Of a stretch of 64,000 nucleotides of DNA, positions 26,501 through 37,100 are shown piece after piece (position 1 is the first letter of the stretch; each line of letters starts with the position of its first letter). A program made the position numbers and the translations under genes. Source of the DNA: Eledone cirrhosa (lineage: Eukaryota); NCBI GenBank assembly GCA_964016885.1, contig OZ024740.1, forward strand, positions 354,702,001 to 354,766,000, in the 5' to 3' direction. The notes below the pieces were generated by a model. That model was not told the DNA's origin. It searched no databases and worked only from the letters and a program-made list of their open reading frames with translations.

Positions 26501-28053
26501 TGTTGACTTTTCAAACTGTTAATAAATAAATCAAACAGAATTTAGTTATGATTAACAGATAAAACGTTTATTGTTATATGGTCATTTAATCATCTTCAGT
26601 TCATCATATTAAATAAAACAAATTCCTTCATATATACATCATTATCATTTAATGGTACATATAAGGCAGTTGATTTGGCAGAGTCATTAGAGCATTGAAT
26701 ATTTGTTCCGGGTCTCTGCATTCTGAATTTAAATCCTGCCAAGGACCACTGTGCCCTTCAGCCATTTAGTGTCAATAAAGAAAGTAGCAGCCCTATCTCC
26801 TTCTAGCTGTCACATCCAGGATGTTCTGCTGCATCACAAGAGTGGGGGTTGAGGGAGTGTCTGCTTGTAGTAGCATGAGCACCTAAGAAATTTAGTGAAA
26901 GCATGATACACACTATCAAGTCATACGCGATTACAAATGGCAGCTGCAGTTTTATATATCATCATCATTTTACATCTGTTGCTCCACACTTGCATGGGTT
27001 GGACATGTTGGTCCTTCTCAGTATAGCATCTCTCCACATGCCACATTCCTTTGTCACCTCCTCTGCGAGCTTTAGAGATGAGATCAGCTCTCACCACTTC
27101 CATCCAGGTCTTCCTCTACTGAAGCTTCCTTCCACTAGGATTACTTCCCCCAGTGATCATCATCCATTCACATCACATGTCCACACCAACGCAGTACCTA
27201 TCCTGCACACTACTGATTCCTCTTATACCCAGTTTCATCTGTGCTTTGTTGTTCTTGCACATTAACACTGCACATCCATTGAAGCATGCTTGCCTCTTTT
27301 CTTTCCAGCCTCTACATGTCCTCTGTGTTCACTGCCCATGTCTCACTACCACACAGCATGGCACTTCGCACACAGGGGTCATACAGCTGACCTTTTATGC
27401 ATATGGAGAATACCCCTAAACTTCTTCCCTCCTGTCCTTATTGTAGCTACTACTGAGGACCTTCCTCCACTGCTAATTATATCATTTAGGTAGCATAAAC
27501 AACTAGTTTCAATGCTGAACAACAAAATTGAGCCAGTTTCAATGCTGAACAGTGAAACTGAGCCAGTTTCAATGCCCAACAGTACAATTGAGTCAGTTTC
27601 AACACTGAACAGTAAAATTAAACTTGTTTCAATGTTGAACAGTAAAATTAAACTTGTTCCAATGCTGAACTGTGAAATTAAGCCAGTTTCAATGCTAAAC
27701 AGTGAAACTGAACTAGTTCCAATGCTAAACAGTGAAACTGAACCAGTTTCAATGCTAAACAGTGAAACTGAACCAGTTTCAATGCCGAACAGTGAAATTG
27801 AGAAAGACGAAATATATTCACCACTGGAAATCTTCTTCGCCTAAATGAAGAGTGTAAAGAAAAAACAGATCCTTCTCATCTGTTAGCCGTATAACCAGTT
27901 CCTGAAATAAAAGATTAGAACAGTGATAAATTTCACTGGTGATAAAATTCAGAGATTGAAAATCCAATTCAATTTTTCTTTCCAATTTATTACCTTTTGT
28001 TACTATATCTGTTATGTCACCATCACGGCCACTTTACAGCATGGGCTGGGGGC

Positions 28054-28120
<67 letters not shown>

Positions 28121-31100
28121 ATGTGTATATATGCATATTCATAGCTATAACAAATAGACATGTCCAGTGAACTGTCAATAGAATGCTTTGTAGTATTCAT
28201 TTCAATTTTCTGCACTCTGTGTTCAAATCCCACAGAGGTCAACTTTGCCTTTCATTCTTTCAAAGTTGATAAAAAAAGTACCAGTCCAATGCTGGAGTCA
28301 ATTCTTCCTCTCTATCAATTTCACAATTCCTCTTTCTCACTCTATTTCTTTTTCTGGAAGAACTAGGCTGTGTTCCAAGCTGGAGAGGGGAGGGCTCTAC
28401 CAGGCTTAAAATGCCCAAGAAACGCAATATGTCATAACAGCGCCCCTACAACTCCATCAGTAATTATAGGTCCATACAACAAATAGACATACCAAAGTTC
28501 CAACAAAAACCTTTGTTGACTAGCTCTTTATGGATCTGTATAGACATAGGAAGTTTTCTGTTGACCTTATGAATGCTATGTGATATGAAGATAGGTGGTG
28601 TGATCAAATCGAACAAATTTGACCTCTACTAGATAAAAAGATTGTTATCTAATTAAAAATAAATTGTGAAGTTAATTAATTGTTAATGTTAGGGATGTTA
28701 TTGTGTTATCTCCCACAACAGTAAATGTTCAATAAATAGATATCCAGTCTATGATTAATATTTAATGATAGCTAAATGCCTCATCTCACATTGCTCCAGT
28801 TTAGTCAACTGAAAAATAAGTACCAGCAGCAGCTGGGAGTTAACCTCCAAATCAGATGGCAGTCGAGTTCAGGGGTGAATCTTTTCATGATAGGCTGGGG
28901 TCCCTACCATTAACCCATTAGCATTTAAATCGGCCGTATCTGGCCAGAATTCTCTCACCTCTTTCTGTTCAAACCGGTTGTAATTGGCCACTCATACTGA
29001 TGTTAAGATATTGTTCTCAAAATAAATAATATCAAAATCCCATAGATTCGATATTATGTGATGTGAAGCCTTTACATTGAAAATATAATAGTATATAGAG
29101 AGTAATGTAAATGCTAAAGGGTTACATCACCTGTGAAACCTCCTATGAAATGCAACCTCTTAGGAGATCAGCTAAACCTACATTGGTAAGCAGTAACAAC
29201 AACAGAAAATTATAGCTATTCAGTTGTTGTTGTTTAGCCCTAGGTCAGCCCTGATTAACCAGGGAAAAGTGACACTCTAGAAAGGAGCAACTACAGAGGT
29301 ATAAAACTGATGGATCAAGTTATGAAAGTGATGGAAAGAATGTTATCACAACTAATTAGGGAATGAGATGCAATTTGATTTTGTGCTAAGAAGAAGCATC
29401 ACAGATGCCCTCTTCTTAACAAGACAACTATAAGAGGTTCCTAGCTTAGTGTAAGTTACTATATATAGCATTTGTAGATCTGGCATTGGTGTTGACAGAG
29501 AACCACTATCTGTTATCAGGTAGTCCTTAAAGAAACTATGAGTAGATGAGTGCAAGCCATATACAATAATGAGTTTAGTGAGGAATTCAATGAGTAAATG
29601 GGTGTTCATCAAGGCTCACTTCTCAGCATTGTCTTGTTTATTACAGTACTCCAGGTCATAACAAAGGAGTTTAAGACTGGCTGTACATAGAAACTTCTGT
29701 GTGCTTATGACCTGGTTCTCATATCTGAATCTGCACAGAAGAAATTTCTGTTGTGGAAACATAACTTAGAATTAAAATGGCTCAGAGAAAAACTAGCAAA
29801 GACTAAAGTTTTAGCAAATAAAAAAGAGGAAAAGACTCGATATGTAGAAATGGTCTAGATAGGAACTCTATACAATGCACACAAGAGGTGTAATATAATA
29901 GCAGGCAGGTTAACATAAAAGGTAGAGTTGGTAGTGAAAGTACCAGTAAAATAAATTTCTTCCAATCTCAGGAAGGTACAATAGTAGTTGGTACTTTCTT
30001 GTTACTTAGATGACCTAATTAGTGGTGGAAGAGGTTGCTCTGAAAGAATAGTAGCTAAAATAAGAAGAGGTTGGGAAAAGAATGGAACTACTACCTCTGT
30101 TGACAACATGAGAAAAGGGTGAATTGTAAAATGCCTGTGTAAGAAGAGCAATGTTGCAGTGAGACATGGGTAGTAAATGCAGAGATATGCACAGCCTGGT
30201 TTATCTTTAACTCTTAATGTCCTGTACCACATGAAACCATATTAGCAAGACAGTGTTGAAAAGTGCAAAACACCTCTACGACTTCTCATTAAAAATTAAA
30301 GTCTTTACTTTAGTTTATTGCAAATTTTTACAAAGATTTGTCCCCTAGATACTATAAACATTTAAATCAGTAAACCATTTTTTAAACATTTTCTTCTAAA
30401 TTATTACAGGATGTTAAAAGCTGATACTGCAAATTTTCACAAAGATCTGTCTACTAGTAAAGATACTATAAACATTTGAATTAACTAACTAGCTTTTAGG
30501 CTTTTTCTGCTAAATTATTACAGGATGTTAAGAATTAATGACAAAGCAAATCAAGGAAAATTTTATAGATTTACCTTTTTATGGATAGGATCTGTCACAT
30601 AGTTCATTTCAATCTTGAAATGAAGATAGACTTTCCTGAAATAAGAAGTAAATATGTCATTTTATATGCAAACCTTCTCAGAAATATCTCAGTAAATATA
30701 CTCAAGTTTTATCAGACTTTGAAAGAAGTGTTAATAACAGCAAATGTTCACAAAAAAATACATAACTGAGAACATGCATGGTGAGAATCAATTACTCAAA
30801 TCCTATACAAATAACTGAACTAATGAAAATGAATTAGCTAAGCCAATCTAACTAAATCAATCAGCATGATACATCAGATGTATGAAGAGTCTACAAATAA
30901 AAGGCCAGCTGCATGATACATGTAAGGCTAGGAGCTCCCAGTGAAAGGAAGCTATAGTAGAAGGCCATAGAAAACTTGGGTAGATGTGGTGAGAGCTGAA
31001 CTTCACAGAAGAGATGAAAAAGGAACACAATGTGTGGAGGAATGATGTACTGGAAAAGGGTTGTCCAACCCATTTAAACAAAGAAAAGCAGAAATAAAAA

Positions 31101-34100
31101 AGATGATGAGGATACAGTAACATCATCCTACCAATTACATTTTTCTTGAAATAAATTCCACACATGAATGATCTCACAATAAGACTAAAATCATTCTTTC
31201 AAGAAAGCAGTAACATACTTTGGATACCAAAAGAGTATGTGCTAAACATTATAATGATTATTGTATAAAATAATGTATAAAACTATACAATATAAAATCA
31301 ACCATTAATATAAAATCAACCTTATAATATGCCAAGTGTGTTTGTGTATATATATATATATCCAGGAAGGATCCATAGAAGTGGCTGATAGCTTCTGTTA
31401 CCTAGGTGATCTAATTAGCAGAGGAGGGTGCTCTGACAGTATTGTAGCTAGAATAAGGACAGGATGGAATAAGTTTAGGGAGCTTCTCCCTCAGCTAACA
31501 ACAAAAGATTTCTCCCTACAAACAAAAGGCCAGCTGTGTGTGAAACATGAACAGTGAATTGGAGAAAAATGTATTTCAGTTAATTTTGAGAAAATTTAAA
31601 TATTTAAATTTAAATTTGATTAAATAACTAACTTTTTCATTAATAGTCTGACATCTAGAACATTACTCATCCTGTACCACATGAAACCACATTAGCAAGA
31701 CATTCTTAAAAAAGTACAAAACAGTACTATGATTGCAACAAATTAAAAATTAATGTCTTTATTCTTATACAACCTGCTGACAAGTAAAGATAATATAAAC
31801 ATTTGAATTAACAAACCTATTTTTAGATATTTTCTGCTGAATCATTACAGGACATTAAAAGTTAACAATGAAGGATTTAATATAAGCATAAACATTTTAA
31901 AATGAGCATTTTTGTATCAAAATTGCTGGGATATTTCAGGCAGTTTAGTCAAAAGGGTTAAGTGAACCTGTTATTGAACTAGTAAACTAGACTGTGTAGG
32001 ATGATGCTTCGTTGCAGAAGGTTATGAAAGAGTGAAGAGTGGTTGCATGTGCATCAGAACAGTTGTTAAAGGTGACAGCAAATAGATTGTTGATGTATAT
32101 GGGAACCAAATGAAATTTAAGGGCAAACCAGAGTTGATAAAGTGTTGACCAGAGAGAGCTTCATCAGTATATATTGCAATAGCCAATAGTGAAATCTGAC
32201 AAGAAGCAACCACCAATCCAAGAAACAAGATGGATGAACCATATAGGTGGGCAGGTTTACTAGGAGATTCTCATGCCAGATGCAGCTGAATGCTTTACAA
32301 CATTGTTTTTCTTATGGGGCAGAAATATCACACTTATATAGCTAAGCATTCTACCCTATTATTTACTCATAGCTGAGCTACAATGATGCTTTGCCTCACA
32401 CTTCATTTCACCATAGATACTAGCTTGTATGATATTATTTGTTAGGAGTTGTAGGTGTCTCTATCGAGTTCATACATGTTATTGGTTTTATCAGCATAAG
32501 AATGTGAATGTACATATATATATATATCTTAACCAAATATACACCCCAATCCACTACCCCTACTCCATCCTCCCACTCCCACCACCCTTTCTCTGTAAAG
32601 TTGGTACCACAACATCCAGTGCAAATAAATGAGATGAGATCGAGTAGGTGTCACAACAAAAAAAACACGCTGTAATGTGGCCGTGTAGGTAACATGGTAA
32701 AAAGTTCCCAATCCACACTGTAAATGTAGTTGGTGTTAGGAAGGGCATCCAGCCGTAGAAAACCTGCCAGATAGTCCTATATGAGCGTGACACGGTCACC
32801 CAACCTTGCCTCAAATTGGGACAACTCCCGTCTAACCCATGTTAGCGTGGAAGATGGACGTTAAATGATGATGATGATTCTATGTCCCAAATGCAAACTA
32901 TGAGTACATAAAAAATGTAGTGGGATCAGAGGTAAGCTATCTAAGAATGTAGATTTTATATGTGGCTGATGCTCAGGTGCAGTAAGTAGCAAGGACCCAC
33001 TGGATGATATCTCCTTCAACTGCCCAGATGGTTCTATAGAGATAGTAGACACCTTCCATTACCTGGGTGACAAAATCAGCAGTGGAGGAGGGTGCTCTGA
33101 AAGTGTAGTAGCCAGAGTTAGAACGGGGTGGAAAAAGTTCAGAGAGCTAATACCACTGTTGACCACAAGGGGTTTTCTTTAAAAATGAAAGGCAGATTGT
33201 ATGATGCATGTATACAAACGGCGATATTACATGGTAGTGAGACTTGGGCATTGTGTGCTGAAGACCTGCGTAGATTAGAAAGAAATGAAGCTTGTATGCT
33301 CCGGTGGATGTGTAATAGTAATGTGTGCGAAAGGCAAAGCATAAACAAATTAAGAGAGAGACTAAGCATAAGAGGTATCAAATGTTGTGTTCAGGAGAGG
33401 AGATTGCGTTGGTATGGACATGTGATGCGTATGACGGCTGACAGCTGTATAAAAAAGTGCAGGGCAATGAAAATTGATGGAACCTGCGGAGTGGGTAGAC
33501 CAAGAAAAACCTGGGACGAGGTGATAAAAACGGACCTTGCTCACCTACACCTCTCTAAGACACTGACACTGGATCGAGACCTTTGGCGCCATGCAGTTGT
33601 ACAGAAAGCCCGACTGCCATTGCATACAAACCTACAGTCAGTAGGCACCTCTTAAACCCAATGTACACCCCACCCCCACAACATACCCCATCTTCCCTCT
33701 CCCATTCCGTCCACTGTGTCGATGACACAATAGTCCACACTGTAAGGTGGCCATGAAGGAGACACGGTGAAAAGGCTCCCAGTCCACACTGTAAATGTGG
33801 TTGGTGTTAGGAAGAGCATCCAGCTGTAAAAAAAACCTGCCAGAGACGATTTTGTGCGACCATTCCTGCATCAAATGGAACAAAACCATCTAACCCATGC
33901 TAGCGTAGAAGATGGACGTTAAACAATGATGATGATGGTGATGATATATATATATATATTGTTGAATATTCTAACTGTCTGTATGTTTGAGTTGAGTTTG
34001 TGCTGGAAATTATTCTTATTTTGTCTGAATCCTACCTTTTCAATACCAACTGCCCTAAAACAGCCTCTCATTCTATGAATCAAAACCAATTCAGTTTAAA

Positions 34101-37100
34101 AGATTCCTATTTAAATTAAGGTCTTCCAGCATAGTTTGATATAAGAATCTTTTAAGTTGTGTTACAAACATCCTTTTAGTAATGAAATAATTACCATATA
34201 TACTCAAATATAAGCCACCACCACCCATATTTTATGTCTGAGAAATGGGCAAAATTCAAAAACCCTATTTATAAGTTGAGGCAGCTATCAATACTATGTT
34301 TAGATGGTATATATAAGCCGACCCCCCATGTTACCATCAATTTCTTTTTGGGGGGGATCACATATTCATCGGCTTATATTTGAGTATGTACAGTAATAAT
34401 TTTAGTAACAACCCCCCCACCCCCCCACCCACCCACACACAAATTCTGCATGACTTAATTCAAATACAGTGTATTTCATTAGAAATATGGTCATGAAATG
34501 GTTATGGGTTATCTGTAGCAGCTCTGATTCAAAACATTCATGATGGCCTTTGATATGTAGTGAACAGTTTCAAATGCAAGAATGTTTCTGAATTATGATT
34601 TTTTCATAATGTTTTCTTATTCTTTTGATAACATCCTCAACTTTTTTCTAATAAGCATTTAGCCATCATCATCATTTAAAGTCCGTTTTCCCTGCTATCA
34701 AAAGTTGACCAGGTCGTCACAGACCAAGTCAGTACTCAAGCAGAGCTACTAGCCTCTCAGACAGGCTGTGGGTGCACATGTCACATATGGTTCCGTGCTC
34801 TACTCATTTGATCAAGCAAACACATAAGCTAGAAAGACTTTATTTTCATCAGCAAGCTTTGCTGATATCAAATGCAACATTTCTGTCACAGAAATTCTCA
34901 AGGAAAGAGAGCAATGATTAGTGACAGGAGCAACGTGTAATTGTAATGGTAGTGACTAAAGAAAGAGGGAAAATGAAAGTATTAGAAAGGCATTTGTTAA
35001 CCCTTTTGTTACCTTATTTCTAATGAAATACACTGCTTGTGTGTTTCGATTTATTTTGAAAATAATCAAAAGCTTGGAGGAATTTAATATTAATTTACAT
35101 TAATAAGCTGATGTTTGGAATATTACTTCACAAAATTCCTTAAATAAAATTATGATGGAAGGTTTTAATATTAACAAACATTTTAAAATGGGCAGTTTAG
35201 CATCATATAATTAGGGTGGTTTGGGGTGAGTTGGTATCAAAAAGGTTAAAGACTGTCTCCATCACTTTTTAGATGTTAGAAATGAGAGAGAGAGAGAGAG
35301 AGAGAGAGGTCAATAGTTGGCAGGGTTCGATAGGTTGCTCTTCTTGGGGATGAGACACACTATATTGTTTCCTAAGATGGAATTAACATCTGAAATATTG
35401 AAGAGTGTTGAGAATAGAGGTTAGCTCTGGTGCAAAGAGTTTTGATATTGGTGGATTTATTTGTTTATCACAAAATAGGGCTGTTCGGGTAGAAATGTCT
35501 GGCAGTGGCATCCTGAAGGACAGATAGGTACACTGGTTCTCACCTGACTCTCCCTTCTGATAATTGCTTCTGTTGGTAGACTAAATTTAGTAAAGGACTA
35601 GATGTTTGAAAAGAAGATGAGCACCACCAAACATTTCTAATTAAAATGCTATGATGGACACACAAACGTCTAGAGTGGCACAACAGGCTGCACCAATTGT
35701 TGGGCTTGATTGATTTATTGGTAGAGTGTAGAGCATAGATGTTGTCAGAGTTGGTAGATGTGATGGTTTGAAATGACCAATGGTGTTTTCTCCCTTTATG
35801 TTCTGAGTTGTAATACCACCTGGACTGATTTTGACTTTCATCTCCACAGAGGTTGAATTAATACCAGTAATTTTTTTTTTTATGGAATATATCATGTAAA
35901 TACAGTTTAATAGAAAAAGAAAAAAAAGAAAATTTAGATTGAGAAGAGGGGAATGTAAAATAGGAAAATATAAAGAAAAAAAATGGAAAAGGGGGGATGT
36001 GTCTCAGAAGAATGAGTGGGGTGACTGGGCTCTGGGCATAGGACGCAGCAGTCGTACTTGAAGTGTGTTTACATATTGATGAAGTTGCTATATAGTGACA
36101 TGCCATAAAACAAAATTCCTGTTTACAAGCACTATAGTACTAAAAGTAAATGTGGTGAGAGACCATATGCTACAATGTTTGACAACTGAATTGAGGCAAT
36201 GTAGAATTTGAGAAAACTCTTCAGTTTGGACTGTAATGTGACAATCTCTCCAGCTGGGCCCACAATAAAATGCAACTAGTACACCTTATAAAGTGTTAGT
36301 GTTGGTACCACAATAAAATGCACCCAGTCCATTCTGTAAAGTGGTAGAGCTGGTGTCACGAAAAATGTACCTAGTATATTCTGTAAGGCATTTGACATTT
36401 GGGAGGGCAACCAGCTGAAGAAGGCACATTTAAAGTAAATATGGAAAGTATGATGACCATGACAACCCATCCAACAGATGCCAGCATAGAAAGTGGACAT
36501 GATAATGGTTTCAGTAGGTTTGTAGAGTTTTGCATTGTGGAATAGATACACAGTAGGCAATAAATGAGGAATATTACATCGTAGTTGAGGAGTGGGGCAT
36601 ACGAACATACGTTTGGAAAGGGATAAAAGGACAGGTTGCAAACTAGAAAACAGGAAACCTTGCAGGCAATGAGATGCGTAAATGCATCTTTTTAATTTTC
36701 AATAGGTAATGTTGCAAGAATTATAGTGGTGGGTAAAATGATAAACGCATGTCTTGGTAACTAGAAATGTCTCATATCAGAAAAGTGCTGAGTTAGAATT
36801 AAATATTTAAGTATTTCAGTTTTGACAAAAAATAATAAATTCGCGCTTAAAATTCATGTTGTGAGAGAGAAAATGTTAATATCTCCAAATTTACTTTCCA
36901 ACAATTGCTAAAATTAAGAATGAAAAACATATTCTTCAATGATTCGGGTGTATGAAACAGCTTATCTTTAAAAAAAAAATAGGAAAAAGTGAAGAATAAC
37001 CCAAGAGTTGTTATACAAAGAATCTTTTTGTATTTATTTTATATTTGCTAACCAGCCAAATTTATTACTTCATAATAGATTTAACCTGGCTTGTTGGTGT

